From Squalus acanthias (lineage: Eukaryota): 63,854 nt of DNA. Shown piece by piece: positions 23,508 through 37,982 of the stretch (positions are counted from its first letter, which is position 1; the number at the start of each line of letters is the position of its first letter). Location: positions 147 to 64,000 of the forward strand of contig JASTWF010000048.1 of the NCBI GenBank assembly GCA_030390025.1. The letters run 5' to 3'. The notes beneath the pieces were generated by a model that saw only the letters and a list, made by a program, of their open reading frames with translations, searched no databases and was not told where the DNA came from. The position numbers and the translations under genes are program-made.

Positions 23508-24106
23508 ATGTATCTGTTACTGTGTCTGATGATCTTGTTTCACCGTAAGGGATTATTTCAAACAANNNNNNNNNNNNNNNNNNNNNNNNNNNNNNNNNNN
23601 NNNNNNNNNNNNNNNNNNNNNNNNNNNNNNNNNNNNNNNNNNNNNNNNNNNNNNNNNNNNNNNNNNNNNNNNNNNNNNNNNNNNNNNNNNNNNNNNNNNN
23701 NNNNNNNNNNNNNNNNNNNNNNNNNNNNNNNNNNNNNNNNNNNNNNNNNNNNNNNNNNNNNNNNNNNNNNTCAATTTATTGACCTCCTCCTCTCTCCCTC
23801 TCTTTCCCAGATGTGAACTCGCAGAGTATCCAACAGACTCCCACCGCTGTTTCCAAATCTGCTCGGGAGGGAGTAGAACTGAAGTGCGATGTGAAGGGCA
23901 CCAGTGCTCCTAGCATGTATTGGTACAGACAATACCCGGGGAAGGAGCCGCAGTTGATGTTGTACTCCACAACTGTAGAAAGCGCGGCTGCAGAGGGGAA
24001 AGTGGACGGTTTTACCGCCGAGCGACCGAATTGGAACGAGTTCAACCTGAAATCCTCCAGCCTGCAGGCGAATCACTCGGCCGTGTATTACTGCGCCTGG
24101 AGTCTT
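23508..24106 (+). CDS. TRBV: TCR beta V segment, family A, intact (V6)
   Basis: Leader 23508-23544; N run in intron; V exon 23811-24106; RSS 24107-24145 canonical 23-RSS. Confidence 0.9.
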
Positions 24107-26250
24107 CACAGTGACTCAGAGAGATGGAGGAGCTCAACAAAAACCCCAAAGGCGGCAGGAAACACCTGTTTACGATAAACCGCGCGGTGCTGTTCGGTTT
24201 ACTTTGCAGAGCGAAAGTGTTTTTGACAACAAGAATATACGGGTTAGAATAAAATTGAGATATTAGATATAGAGGCACTGGAGCAGATGCAAAGAAAGAT
24301 TAACAAGGATGGCACTAGAATTGAGAGTTTCTAGCTATCAGGAAAGGCAGAACATGCTCGAGCTGTTTTGTCTAGAAAAGAGAAGGTTGAGGTGTAACCT
24401 GACAGAGGTCTTTAAATATTATCAATGGATTTGATAGGTTAGGCGTAGTGAAGAAAGATAGAAAGAAAGGAAGATAGAAAGTAGAAGAGAAAGAAAGATA
24501 GGAAAATAAAGGGAAATAAAGAAAGAAAGAAGTTAAGAAAGGAAGAAATAATGTAAGAACAAAATAAAGAAAAACAAAGGATGGAGGCAGGGAAGAAAAG
24601 AGAAGAAGATAGAGAAATGAAAGAAAGAACGAAATATAGAAAGATGGAAAGTAATTAAAAATCCTTTTTTATACACTGACATTGTGCTTTCTTTCTCCAA
24701 AGGGACAGTAGAGGGCGCTCTAGACCATGACAAGCTCCAGTGCCCAGAACATGGTTCAATCTGAACACAGGAACAGGAGGAGGCCATTCAGCCCCACGAG
24801 CCTGTTACACAGGAAGAGGAGGAGGCCATTCAGCCCCACGAGCCTGCTACACAGGAAGAGGAGGAGGCCATTCAGCCCCTCGAGCCTGTTACACGGGAAC
24901 AGGAGGAGACCATTCAGCCCCTCGAGCCTGTTAAACAGGAAGAGGAGGAGGCCATTCGGCCCCACGAGCCTGTTACACAGGAACAGGAGGAGGCCTTTCA
25001 GCCTCTCGAGCCTGTTACACGGGAACAGGAGGATACCATTCAGCCCCTCGAGCCTGTTAAACAGGAGCAGGAGGAGGCCATTCAGCCCCTCGAGCCTGAT
25101 TACACAGGAACAGGAGGAGGCCAAACAGCCCCTCGAGCCGGTTACACAGGAACAGGAGGAGTCTATTCAGCCCGTCGAGCCTGCTACACAGGAACGGGGG
25201 GAGGCCATTCATTCACTTGCGTCTGCTCTGCCTTTTAATCTGTAATTCAACATCATTAACCCGCCTTGCTGCATATCCCTTGATATCCTAACCCAACATG
25301 AATCTATCCAACTCAGCCTTGGCAGCTCCTATTGTCCCCCAGCATCCGCAGCATTTTGGGGGCGAGAGTTCCATATTTTAAAAAGGGAATTGGATAAATA
25401 CTCGAAGGATCAAAACTGCAGGGATATGGGGAAAGAGCGGGTGAGTGGGAATAACTGGCTTGCTTTTCGAAAGAGCCAGTGCAGACTGCATGGGCCGAAT
25501 GACCTCCTTCTGAGCTACATTATTCTTTGATTCTATGAGTTTTTCAAGATACTTAATTTCTCAAAAGCCAGATTTTTTGGGAATAATGTGGGTCATTAAA
25601 GAAACCTAGCAAATTATTCCTTCTTCCATTTAGCTCTATATCCGTGGCCATTGAGCTTCCAGCTCAGCGAGTGTTATCTCTGATGTGGGACGGGTTCACA
25701 GCAGTGTGAATACAGTGGGGCCGTTGGCAAGTTCCCCAGTCAAGGGCGAGTCTTTGTGTAATCCTGATCGTCATAGGCCCAACCATGTAATAGAACAGAT
25801 GAGCAGCCCGATGTGACCCGGATATCGTTGCACCGACTGCCTCGCGTTATCAAAAGGGCTTACTGTGGACCAGTGTTGTCCATGTGTTAGCCACTAGTCA
25901 CAGGTGGCTAAATGTGAATCACGGTTTGGCTAATTGGGAATCTACTTGTAGCTGTTCGGGAATCCAGACGTGGATAATCTCATATCTGATTAACAAACAA
26001 TAAACGAGCGATAGACACCGTTGTTGGGAATGTTAACGTTATAAGGTCCAGTCAGTCATTGGTAATTAGCAAAAAACACATCGATTCTGATTGGTTCGCT
26101 CGAGGAAGGGGGCGTGTCCAACCCGGCATCACACCCTCACTCTGCTCAGGGTTTCCTCAATGATTTTTAAAGAGCGGGTTGGTCCTCACAAGACTCCACG
26201 CTCCTGTTCTCGCTGCTTTCAGTTATTAAGAGAAACGCTTCACTTAAAAG

Positions 26251-26705
26251 ATGTATCTGTTAATGGGTCTGATTATCTTGTTTCACCGTAAGGGACATTT
26301 TCAAACATTAATTCTTGTTCATAACCTACTTTTACGTTTTTCTTTCCTTTCTCACATTTGCCCGAGTGTCCCAGTTTACTGACCTCCTCCTCTCCCTGTC
26401 TCTTCCCAGATGTGAACTCACAGACTATCCGGCAGTTTCCCTCCACTGTCTCCAGAGTTCCCGGGAATGGAGTGGTACTGAAGTGCACTCTGGAAAGCAG
26501 CAGTACCCCTCAAATGTTCTGGTACAGACAATACCCGGGGAAGGAGCCGCAGTCCATGTTTCACTCCCCAACTGTACAAAGCGTGAATCCAGAGGGGACG
26601 GTGGACGGTTTGACCGCCGAGCGACCGAATGGCAACGAGTTCAATCTGAAGTCCGCCAGCCTGCAGCCGAATCACTCGGCCGTGTATTACTGCGCCTGGA
26701 GTCTT
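26251..26705 (+). CDS. TRBV: TCR beta V segment, family A, intact (V7)
   Basis: Leader 26251-26287 (MYLLMGLIILFH); V exon 26410-26705; RSS 26706-26744. Confidence 0.92.
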
Positions 26706-27399
26706 CACAGTGACTCAGAGAGATGGAGGAGCTCAACAAAAACCCCAAAGGCGGCAGGAAACACCTGTGGATGATAACAATGCGCGGTGCTCTTGGGTTT
26801 ATGTTACAGAGCGAATATGTTTTTGACAACAAGAAGAGACGGGTTAGAATAAAAGTGAGAGATTAGATATAGAGGCACTGGAGAAAGTGCAAAGAAAGAG
26901 TAACAAGGATGACACCAGTACTGAAATGTTGTAACTGTCTGGAAAGAGTAACAATATAAAGAATTCGGTTTTTCTGCACTGACACTGTGTTTTGTTTCTC
27001 GACAGGGACAGCAGAGGGCGCTCTATGACCATAAAACACATCTGATGCAAGAACATAGTTTAACAGGAACACAGGGACACAGAGGCAGAAGAGCAGATAC
27101 CCTCTCAAGTCTGTTACACAGAAACAGGCGGAGGCCATTCAGCCCCTCGACTCTGTTACACAGAAACAGGAGTCGGCAACTCAGCACTCCTCGAGTTTGG
27201 TACACTGGCGCAGGAGGGGCCATTCAGCTACTCGAGTCTTTTACACAGGAACAAGAGGAGGCCATGAAGCCCCTCGACTCTGTTACACAGGAACAGCAGG
27301 AGGGAACTCAGCACTCCTCGTGTCTGGTACACAGAAGCAGAAGGAGGCCGCTCAGCCCCTCGAGTCTGTTACACAGGAACAGGAATAGGCAATTTAGCC

Positions 27400-28460
27400 C
27401 CTTGAGCCTGTTCCGCTATTCAATGAGTTCATGGCTGCACTGTTGCCTAACTCCATATACCCACCTTTGCCCCATATCTCTTAATAACTTTGGTTAACAG
27501 CAATCTATCAAGCTCAGATTTAAAATAATCAATTGACCTAGCATCAACCGCCCTTCGTGGAAGTGAGTTTAAACTTCCGGCAGCCTTTGCGTGTAGAAGT
27601 GTTTGCTAACTTCACGCCCGAATGGCCTCACCATGTCCCCTTGTCCTGGACTCCCCAACCAGCAGAAGTAGTTTCTCTCTATCTTCATTATCAGTTCCCC
27701 AAAATTTCTTGACATCTTCGATCAAACCACCCCTTAACCTTCTAAATTCCTGGGAATACAGCCTCAGCTTGTGTAATCGCTCCTCGTAAATTAACCCTTG
27801 AAGTCCAGGTATCATTCCGGTAAATCCTAAGGTTTGATGCCCAGAACTGAGCACAGTGCTCCTGATATGTTCTAAGCAGGGTTTTGTATCGCTGTATCAT
27901 AGCTTCTACTCCCTTGAATTCTAGTCGTCTAGTTATAAAGTCCAGAATTCATTAGCCTTTTTAATAATGATCTGCACCTGTCCATTACATTTTAATGATC
28001 TATGTACATGGAGCAATGAGTCTCTTTGGACCTCTATTGTTTCGAGCTTTTGGCCATTTAGAAAGATCTCTGATCATTCCTTTTCCAGTCCAAAATGGAT
28101 GACCTCACACTTACGTACATTGAAATCAATTTACCACAGTTTTGCCTTTTCACGTAATCATTTAATATTTCTTTGCAAGTTAATGCTGTCTCTACTCTGT
28201 GTGCCATGCTGCCTATCTTTGTGTCATTGGCAGAATTGGACATGTGGCTTTCTATCCCATCATCTAAGTCGTTACTAAATATGGTAAATAGTTGAGGCCC
28301 CTGCAGAATCCCTGTGGGAGAGCACCAGTCACAATATGCCAATTGGAATACCTGCCCATTATCTCTACACTCTGTCTCCTGCCGCTCAGCCAATTCCTTA
28401 ATCAGGTCAATAATTTGCCTTCAATTCCCTGTCCTTCAACTTTAGCTAACAATCTCTTAT
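27400..28460 (-). mobile_element. Degenerate CR1 LINE fragment (paralogue 17650-18387 plus 20030-20370)
   Basis: Minus-strand GPQLFTIF..DLDDG, YEERL..LYS..FRRLRG, RTRGH motifs. Confidence 0.85.
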
Positions 28461-29166
28461 GAGGAATAGTAGGAGGCCATTCGAACACTCGAGCCTTTTA
28501 CACATGAACACGAGGAGGCCTTTCAGACCCTGGAGCCCGTTAAACAAGTACAGGAGTTGGCCCATTCAGCCTGTCGACCCTGTTACATAGGAACAGGAGG
28601 AGGCCACTTAGCCTTTCGAACCTGTTACATAGGAACAGGAAGAGGCCATTAGCCTTTCGAACCTGTTACATAGGGTGCCCTGCAGCCACTCAAGCCTATT
28701 ATATATGAACAGTACGCCATTTAGCCCCACGAGCCTATCGCACATGGCCATGTCCCCATTGCAACTTCCTGATCGCATCAACTCAACTTAATTCCAATCA
28801 GAGAGGGAGGGGCGGAGCGGCCAATCAGAGAGGGAGGGGCGGAGCATCTTATATGCAGTGTTTTCTTCTGAATGATGAAGATCGTTGCACTTTACACCCG
28901 CCAGTTCCGGGCCTTGCACACAACAGTCTCAGAGCTCGGATCTCTGACCAATGACATTGATTCTAATTGGTTTGACTGGGGAAGGAGTCGTGTCCAACCC
29001 TGCATCACTTCCTTATGCTCTTCATGTTTTCCTCAATTATTTGACATGAGCCGATGAGGCGGTGACGCCAGATACGTAAGACCCGCCTCCAACAAGTAAC
29101 CAATTGGTGCAATTTTGTGAGAAGCGGTTCCCGACTGAATCAGGAACAGCGAAGCAGCGGAGGGGG

Positions 29167-30038
29167 ATGGAAGTGTGGGGCTGTAGGATCGCGTGTCTCT
29201 TACTCCTGCTCCACTGACTGAGTCTGGAGATCAGCTCTGGTCAGCGCACGTTTACCTTTCAATGCAGTCTGTTTTAATAGAGAGAGAGAGAGAGATGGAG
29301 ACATAGCGAGCCAGTGAGGGAGTCAGAGAGACAGAGACACACAGACAGACAGAAAGAGATAAATAAAGGGTGAGGGAACGAGTCGGTGAGAGAGAGACAG
29401 ACACACAGAGTGAGAGACATAGAAAGTGAGTGAGGGATTGTGAGAGAAAGATTAAGTGACAGAAACAGAGAAAGAGAGTGAGTGAGAGACATAGAGATAG
29501 AGTGAGCAATTGAGACAGAGAGAGAGAGACAGAAAGTATGAGTGAGGGAGTGAGAGAGACAGAGATTGATAGAGAGGGAGAAACAGTTAGATAGGTAGAT
29601 AGATAGATATACATATGTACAGATAAATAGATAGATAGACCTACAGAGAGATAGCTAGGCAGATAAATAGATAGACAGAGATATATATAGATAGATAGAG
29701 CGAGTTGCTCATTGATTCTGAGGTTTGAATCTCACTCTCCACATTTAACAGGCAGTAGAGGCTGGTTTGTGGAACAGGGCCGGGGTCACTGACCGTGTCC
29801 GGGAATGAGCTGTTCCAGGTGAGTTGCGTGCTGAAGGAGCCGAGCTACAGCCACCTGTACTGGTACCGCCAGTATCCGGACTCAGAGCCCGAGGCCCTGA
29901 TAAACTCCAGCACCAAGGGGGCAGTTACTCCGTACACCAAGGAGCCATTTACAGCCCAGAGACCCAGCGAGACACACTTCCTTCTGAAAGCGACCAACCT
30001 GTCACGTTCCGCCGTCTTTTACTGCGCCTGCAGTAAGG
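29167..30038 (+). pseudogene. TRBV: TRBV family B pseudogene (V8)
   Basis: Paralogue of V4; TGA in leader (CAC TGA) and 1-bp deletion in FR1 (GAACAGGGCCGG vs GAACAGGGGCCGG); RSS 30039-30077 retained. Confidence 0.88.
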
Positions 30039-30174
30039 CACAGCGCAGCAAAGAGCGACACGCTCCGCACAAAAAGACTGCACCAGAGAGAGAGTGAGAC
30101 AGGGAGATTCAGACAGAGAGAGAGGAAGAGACGGAGAGAGAGAGAGAGACAGGGAGAGGGAGGAAGAGAGTGAC

Positions 30175-30205
<31 letters not shown>

Positions 30206-31315
30206 GAGACAGACAGAGAGACAGGGAAAGGGAGGAAGAGAGAGAGAAGGAGATAGTGAGAGAGAGGGAGACAGAGAGAAAGAGAGAGATAAAGAGTCAG
30301 ACAGAGCATAGAGAGACATGGATAGAGAGGAACGGAGAGAGAAGGAGATAGTGAGAGAAAGAGAGAGACAGAGAGAAAGAGAGAGATAGAGAGTCAGACA
30401 GAGCATCGAAAGACGGGGATAGGCAGGAAGGAAGAGAGAAGGAGATGAGTGAGAGACAGAGAGTGTCAGAGAGAGAGAGAGAGAGAGAGAGAGACGGAGC
30501 GAGAGAGACAGAGAGAGTTAGAGAGACGGAGCGCGAGAGAGACAGAAATAGACAGAAACACGGAGAGAGTGACTGTGACAGAAAGAGAGGCTGTGAGAGA
30601 AAGCGAGAGAAATAGAGAGAGAGATACAGAGAGAGAGGGAGGGAGAGAGAGAAAGAGAGACAAGCAGAGAGAGAAATAGTGAGACAGAGAGAGACGGACA
30701 GACAGAGTGAGAGAGACAGGCAGAGAGACAGAGAAAAAAATACACATACATCACACGTACAAAGCGCTATATATACGTGGCCATTCATGTTCCAGCTCAG
30801 CGAGTGTTATTACTGATGTGGAACGGGTTCACTGCAGTCTGAATACAGTGGGGCCGTTTGCAAGTTCCCCAGTCAAGGGCGAGTCTGTGAATCCTCCTGA
30901 TCGTCATAGGCCCAAAAATGAGCCCAACCATGCGGCAGAACAGATGAGCAGCCCGATGTGACCCGGATATTGTTGTACCGTCTGCCTCTTCTTATCTAAA
31001 GGGTTTGCTTTAGACCAGTCTTGTCCATGTGTTAGTCCTGATGTGGATAAGATCAATTCTGATTAGTAAATAAACAATGACCAACAGACACCATTGTTGG
31101 GAATGTTAAAGCCATAAGGTCCAGTCAGTCATTGGTAATGAGCAACCACATCGATTCTGATTGGATCGATCGGGAAAGGGGGCGTGTCCATCTCTGCATC
31201 ACTTCCTCACGCTCTTCCTGTTTCCCTCAATGATTTGAATAGAGCGGGTTGGCTCCTCACAAAACTCTCCTGTTCTCGCTCCTTTCATTATTAAGAGAAA
31301 AGCTTCAAGTAAAAG

Positions 31316-31830
31316 ATGTATCTGTTACTGGGTCTGATTATCTTATTTCACAGTGAGGCACTTTTTCAAACATTAATTCTTGTCAATAACATTTTTATAC
31401 GTTTTAATTTCTTTCTTTTTTCTCCTACTTTCCTGTTTTCTATCTCTCTTTCTTCTTTCATTCTTTCTTTTTTTCCTTCTACATTGCCCCGAATATCCCC
31501 GTTTACTGAATTCCTTCTCTCCCTCTCTTTCCCAGACGTGAACTCGCAGAGTATCCGCCAGACCCCTGGCGCTGTCTCCAGATTTCCCGGGGATGGAGTG
31601 GAACTGAAGTGCAATGTGAGGGCACCAGTAACCCTGACATGTACTGGTACAGATAATACCCGGGGAAGGAGCCGCAGTTCCTGTTTTACTCCACGGGTAC
31701 CAATCACGTGAATCCAGAGGGGACGGTGGAAGGTTTCACCGCCGAGCGACCGAATAACTACGAGTTCAACCTGAAATCCTCCAGCCTGCGGGCGAATCAC
31801 TCGGCAGTGTATTACTGCGCCTGGAGTCTT
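31316..31830 (+). pseudogene. TRBV: TRBV family A pseudogene (V9)
   Basis: Leader 31316-31352; V exon from 31536; 1-bp deletion just after first Cys and TAA in the WYRQ position; RSS 31831-31869. Confidence 0.88.
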
Positions 31831-33388
31831 CACAGTGACTCAGAGAGATGGAGGAGCTCAACAAAAAAACCCAAAGGCGGCAGGAAACACCTGTTGATGA
31901 TGAAACTGCGCAGTGCTGTTGGGTTCATTTTGGAGAGCGAACATGTTTTTGACCACAAGAAGAGACGGGTTAGAATAAAATTGAGAGATTAGATATGGAG
32001 GCACTGGAGAAGGTGCAAATAAAGATTAGCAAGGATAATGCCAGAATTGAGAGGTTTAAGCTATCAGGAAATGCTGAACAGGCTGGCGCTCTTTTCTCTA
32101 GGAAAGAGAAGGTTGAGGGGTAACCTGAAAGAGGTGTTTAAAGATTATCAATAGGTTTGATAGGTTAGGCGTAGGGAAGAAAGATAGAAAGAAAGGATGA
32201 TAGAAAGTATAAAAGGAAGAAAGATAGGAAGAAAGAGGGGAATAAATAAAGGAAGAAGGAAAGAAAGGAAGAAATAATGTAAGAACGAAATAAAGGAAGG
32301 AAGCAGGGAAGAAAGAGGAGAAGGAACGAAAGATAGAGAAAAGCAAAAAAGAAAGAAAGAACGGCCGAACGATAGTAAAGAAGAATGGAACGAAATATAG
32401 AAAGAAGGTAGTAATTAAAAGTCCTTTTTTTATACACTGGCATTGTGCTCTCTTTCTCCACAGGGACAGTAGAGGGCGCTCTGGACCATGAAACACACCA
32501 GTGCCCGGAACATGGTTCAATCGGAACACAGGAACAGGAGGAGGTCATTTAGCCCCACGAGCCTCTTACACAGGAACAGGAGGAGGCCATTCAGCCCCAC
32601 GAGCCTCTTACACAGGAACGGGAGGAGGCCATTCATCCACTTGCGTCTGCTCTGCCTTTTAATCTGTAATTCAACCTCATTAACCCGGCCTTTGATGCAT
32701 ATCCCTTGATATCCTAACCCAACATGAATCAATCCAACTCAGCCTTGCGAGCTCCAATTGTCCCCCAGCATCCGCAGCCTTTTGGGACTGAGAGTTCCAG
32801 ATTTCAAAAGGGAATTGGATAAATAATTGAAGGAGCAAAACTGCAGGAATATGGGGCAAGAGCGGGGGAGTGGGAGTAGCTGGATTGTTCTTCGAAAGAG
32901 CCGGCGCAGGCTCCATGGGCCGAATGTCCTCCTTCTGTGCTACACAAATCTATGATTCTATTAATTTTTGAAATTACATAATTTCTCAACAGCCGGACTT
33001 TATTGGGAATAAGGGCATTAAGGGCACCTAGAAAATTATTCCCGATTCCATTTAGCTCTCTATCCGTGGTTATTCACGTCCCAGCTCAGCGAGTGTTATC
33101 CCGGATGTGGAACGGGTTCACTGTAGTCTGAATACAGTGGGGTCATTTGCAAGTTCCCCAGTCAAGGGCGATTCAATCCATGGGGGGATGGGCAGTGCTG
33201 TCAATCAGAGAGGGAGGGACTTTGTTTTTCATTCAGAGAGGGAGGGGCGGCACTGTCCAAACCTGCACCACTCCCTCACGCTCTTCAGATTTCCACATTG
33301 ATTTGAAAAGAGCGGGTTGGATGCTCACCAGACACAACTCTCCTGTTCTCGCTCTTTTCATTAATAAAAGAATAGCTTCCAGTGAAAG

Positions 33389-34033
33389 ATGTATCTGTTA
33401 CTGGGTCTGATGATCTTGTTTCACCGTAAGGAACTTTTTCAAACATTAATTCTTGTTAATNNNNNNNNNNNNNNNNNNNNNNNNNNNNNNNNNNNNNNNN
33501 NNNNNNNNNNNNNNNNNNNNNNNNNNNNNNNNNNNNNNNNNNNNNNNNNNNNNNNNNNNNNNNNNNNNNNNNNNNNNNNNNNNNNNNNNNNNNNNNNNNN
33601 NNNNNNNNNNNNNNNNNNNNNNNNNNNNNNNNNNNNNNNNNNNNNNNNNNNNNNNNNNNNNNNNNNNNNNNNNNNNNNNNNNNNNNNNNNNNNNNNNNCC
33701 CGTTAATTGAATCACTCCCCTCTTGTCTGTTTCCTAGATGTGAACTCGCAGATTATCCGCCAGACTCCCGCTGCCGTCTCAAAATTGTCTGGGGAGGGAG
33801 TGGAACTGAAGTGCGATGTGAGGGGCACCAGTAACCCTTACATCTACTGGTACAGGCAATACCCGGAGAAGGAGCCGCAGTTTATGTTTTACTCCACGAT
33901 TACCAATCACGTGAATCCAGAGGGGACGGTGGACGGTTTTACCGCCGAGCGACCGAATGACAACGAGTTCAACCTGAAGTCCTCCAGCCTGCGGGCGAAT
34001 CACTCGGCCGTGTATTACTGCGCCTGGAGTCTT
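33389..34033 (+). CDS. TRBV: TCR beta V segment, family A, intact (V10)
   Basis: Leader 33389-33425; V exon 33738-34033 (CDVRGTSNPYIYWYRQ); RSS 34034-34072. Confidence 0.9.
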
Positions 34034-34689
34034 CACAGTGACTCAGAGAGATGGAGGAGCTCAACAAAAACCCCAAAGGCGGCAGGAAACACCTGTGGGG
34101 ATTGAATTGCGCAGTGCCGCGACCTGCTGTTTAATTTTTACAGAGCGAACTTGTTTTTGACAACAAGAGACGGGTTATAATAAAAGTGAGAGATTAGATA
34201 TCGAGGCACTGGAGTAGGGGGCAAGAAGGATTAACAAGGATGATACCAGAACTGAGAGGTTTTAACTATCTAGAAACAGAAACAGTAAAAGGCTTGGTTT
34301 TTGTCCACTGACTCTGTTTTGTTTCGCCAAAGGGACAGCAGGGGGCGCTCTAGGACCATGAAGGAAACATTGTCCTGGAGCAGGGTTCAAAAGAGCACAG
34401 AAAGTGGAGGAGGTCATCCAGCCACTCGAGCTTATTGCACACGAACAGGAGGACGCCATTTAGCCCCTCGAACCTGTTACATATATCCAAAAAACAGGAA
34501 GCTATTTAGCCCCTCGAGCCTGTTACATATATCCAAAAAACAGGGAGCTATTTAGCCCCTCGAGGCTGTTACATATATCCAATAAAACAGGAAACCATTT
34601 AGCCCCTCGAGCCTGTTACATATATCCAAAAAACAGGAAGCTATTTAGCCCCACGAGCCTGTTACAAAAGAACAGGAGGAGACCATTCA

Positions 34690-35520
34690 GCCCTTCCTGC
34701 CTGCTCCGCAATTCAGTTACATCCTGGATGATCATTATTTAACTCCTTTGCTCCCTGTCCCTCGATACCCTTACCCAACAAGAAATCTATCAATCTCTGT
34801 CTTGAAGGCTGCAATTGACCCCCAGCCTCAGCAACCCTTTGGAGGAGAGTGTTCCAGATTTGCACGACTCATTGTTTAAAGAAACGCTTTCTGACGCCAC
34901 GTCTGAATGGCCTGGCTCTAATTTTAAGGTTATGTCCCCTTGTTCTGGACTACCCCCACCAGAGGAGATAGTTTCTCCCTTTCGATCCTGTCAACTCCTT
35001 TTAACGCTTTGAAAACCTCAATGAGTTCACCGCTGAATCTCTTATATTCAAGGTAGTACAAGCCACGTTGATGCATTCTGTCCTCTTTGTTTAACCCTCT
35101 AAGCCCCGCTAACATTCCAGTGATTCTTCGTTGATCCCCATCCAAGGCTAATATATCCTTACGGAGGTGCTGTGCCCAGAACTGAACGCAGTACTCCAGA
35201 TGAAATCTGACCAAGGCTCTGTTCAACTGAGGCATAAATTATTTCCCTCTGTATTCCAGCCCCTTGAGATAAAGAACAACATTCCATCAGCATTTTAAAT
35301 GATTTTATTTTTACCAATCCACTATTTTTTAGTGATTTTTGTGCATGGACTACCAGATCCCTTTGCTGCTCGAAAGTTACTCGTTTCTCACCCTTTAAAA
35401 ACACTCTGATCTAACTTTGCTAGGTCCAAAGTTCATGGCCTCGTACTTGCTCACGTTGAACTCCCTCTGTCACTGTTTTGCCCACTCACTGAAGCTGTCT
35501 TTATCCCCATTGGAACTTCC
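34690..35520 (-). mobile_element. Old CR1 fragment (similar ones at ~420-750, 45920-46760, 48300-49100, 55400-56240, 57780-58570)
   Basis: ALVRFHLEYCVQFW..LRKDILAL motifs on minus strand. Confidence 0.8.
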
Positions 35521-35945
35521 TGTTCCCTCTGCTCTATTCAATGCAAATGAGAGAGGGAGGGGCGGAGCTGTCAATCAGAGAGGGGGCGGTGCTGTCAATC
35601 AGAGAGGGAGGGGTGGTGCTGTCAATCAGAGAGGGAGGGGCGGTGCTGTCAATCAGAGAGGGAGGGGTGGGGCTGTCAATCACAGTGGAGGGGCGGGGCT
35701 GTCAATCAGAGTGGGAGGGGCAGAGATGTCAATCCACGGGGGGATGGGCGGTGCTGCCAGTCAGAGAGGGCGGGGCTTTGTTTGTCAATCAGAGAGCGAA
35801 GGGCGGGACTCTCCAAACCTGCATCACTTCCTCACGATCTTCATGTTTCCCTCAATGATTTGAATAGAGCGGGTTGGAACCTCACCAGACACAACTAACC
35901 TGTTCTCGCTCCTTTCATTATTAAGAGAAAAGCTTCAATTGAAAG

Positions 35946-36588
35946 ATGTATCTGTTACTGGGGCTGATGATCTTGTTTCACCGTAAGGGATTATTTCAAA
36001 CAANNNNNNNNNNNNNNNNNNNNNNNNNNNNNNNNNNNNNNNNNNNNNNNNNNNNNNNNNNNNNNNNNNNNNNNNNNNNNNNNNNNNNNNNNNNNNNNNN
36101 NNNNNNNNNNNNNNNNNNNNNNNNNNNNNNNNNNNNNNNNNNNNNNNNNNNNNNNNNNNNNNNNNNNNNNNNNNNNNNNNNNNNNNNNNNNNNNNNNNNN
36201 NNNNNNNNNNNNNNNNNNGTCCCAATTTATTGACTTCCTCCTCTCCCTGTCTCTTTCCCAAATGTGAAATTGCAGAGTATCCATCAGACTCCCGCCGCTA
36301 TCTCCAGATTTCCCGGGGATTGAGTGATACTGAAGTGCACTCTGGAAAGCACCAGTACTCAGACTATGTACTGGTACAGACAATACCCGGGGAAGGAGCC
36401 GCAGTTGATGTTTCTTTCCCCAACTGTACAAAGCGTGAATCCAGAGGGGCCGGTGGACGGTTTTACCGCCGATCGACCGCATGGCAACGTGTTCAACCTG
36501 AAGTTCTCCAGCCTGCAGGCGAATCACTCGGCCGTGTATTACTGGCGCCTGGAGTGACGCAGAGAGATGGAGGAGCTCAACAAAAACC
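35946..36588 (+). pseudogene. TRBV: TRBV family A pseudogene lacking acceptor and heptamer (V11)
   Basis: Acceptor AG>AA (ttcccaaat), frameshifts, 1-bp insertion at second Cys, heptamer deleted; spacer and nonamer (36580-36588) remain. Confidence 0.88.
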
Positions 36589-37982
36589 CCAAAGGCGGCA
36601 GGAAACACCTGTTTAAGATAAAACCGCGCTGTGCTGTTGGGTTTATCTTGCAGAGCGAACATATTTTTGCCAAGAAGAATTGAAGGGTTGGAATTAAAGT
36701 GAGAGATTAGATATAGAGGCACTGGAGAAGGTGCAAAGAAAGATTAGCAAAGCTAATGCCAGAATTGAGAGGTTTATAAAGTATCAGGAAATTCTGAACA
36801 GGCTGGCGCTTGTCTTGGAGTATTATCAGTGGGTTTGATAGGTTAGGCGAAGGAGAGAAAGATAGAAAGTAAAGAAGATAGAAAGTATAAAAGAAAGAAT
36901 GCAAGCCGGGAAGAAAAAGGAAAATAAATAAAGGAAGAACGAAAGAAAGGAAGAAATAATGGAAGAACGAAATAAAGAAAAAGACAGGATGGAAGCAGGG
37001 AAGAAAAAAGAGAGGGAAAGAAATATAGAGAAAACAAAGAAAGAATGATAGAAAGGCAGAACGATATAAAGAAAAATAGAACGAAATATAGAAAGAGGGA
37101 AAGTAATTAAAATTACTTTTTATACACTGACAATCTGCTTCCTTTCGCCACGGGCACAGTAGAGGGCGCTCTAGACCATGAAACACACCAGTGCCCGGAA
37201 CATGGTTCAATCGGAACACAGGAACAGGAGGAGGCCGTTAATCCACTTGCGTCAGCTCTGCCTTTTAATCTGTAATTCAACCTCATATCCCTTGATATCC
37301 TTTATTTACAATAATGAGGGTCATTAAGGAGACCTAGGAAATTATTCCCTCTTCCATTCAGCTCTATATCCGTGGCCACTCACGTTCAAGCTCAGCGAGT
37401 GTTGTCTCTGATGTGGGACGGGTTCACTGCAGTCTGAATATAGTGGGGCCGTTTGCAAGTTCCCCAGTCAAGGGCGAGGCTTTGTGTCCTCCTGATCGTC
37501 ATAGGCCCAACCATGCAATAGAACAGATGAACAGCTGAACAGCCCGATGTGACCTGGTTATTGTTGCACCGACTGCCTCACGTTATCAAAAGGGCTTACT
37601 GTAGACCAGTGTTGTCCATGTGTTAGCCTCTAGTCACATGTGCCTAATTGGGAATCAAGGTATGTCTAATTGGTAATCTACATGTGGCTAATCGGGAATC
37701 CAGACTTGGATAATGTCATTTCTGATTAGCAAACAATAAACGAGCGACAGACACCGTTGTTGGGAATGTTGACGGCATAAGGTCCAGTCTGTCATTGGTA
37801 ATTGGAAAGCTCATCGATTCTGATTGGTTCGCTCTTGGATGGGGCGTGTCCAACTCTGCATCACTTCATCACTCTGCTCAGGGTTTCCTCAATGATTTTT
37901 AAAGAGCGGGTTGGCTCCTCACAAGACCCCACGCTCCTGTTCTCGCTGCTTTCATTATTAAGGGATATACTTCACGTAAAAG

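Noticed and set aside
23566-23770. N runs in introns and repeats (also 33461, 36004, 39295, 45647, 50650)
   Set aside because: Gaps or masking at low-complexity tracts; not biological features
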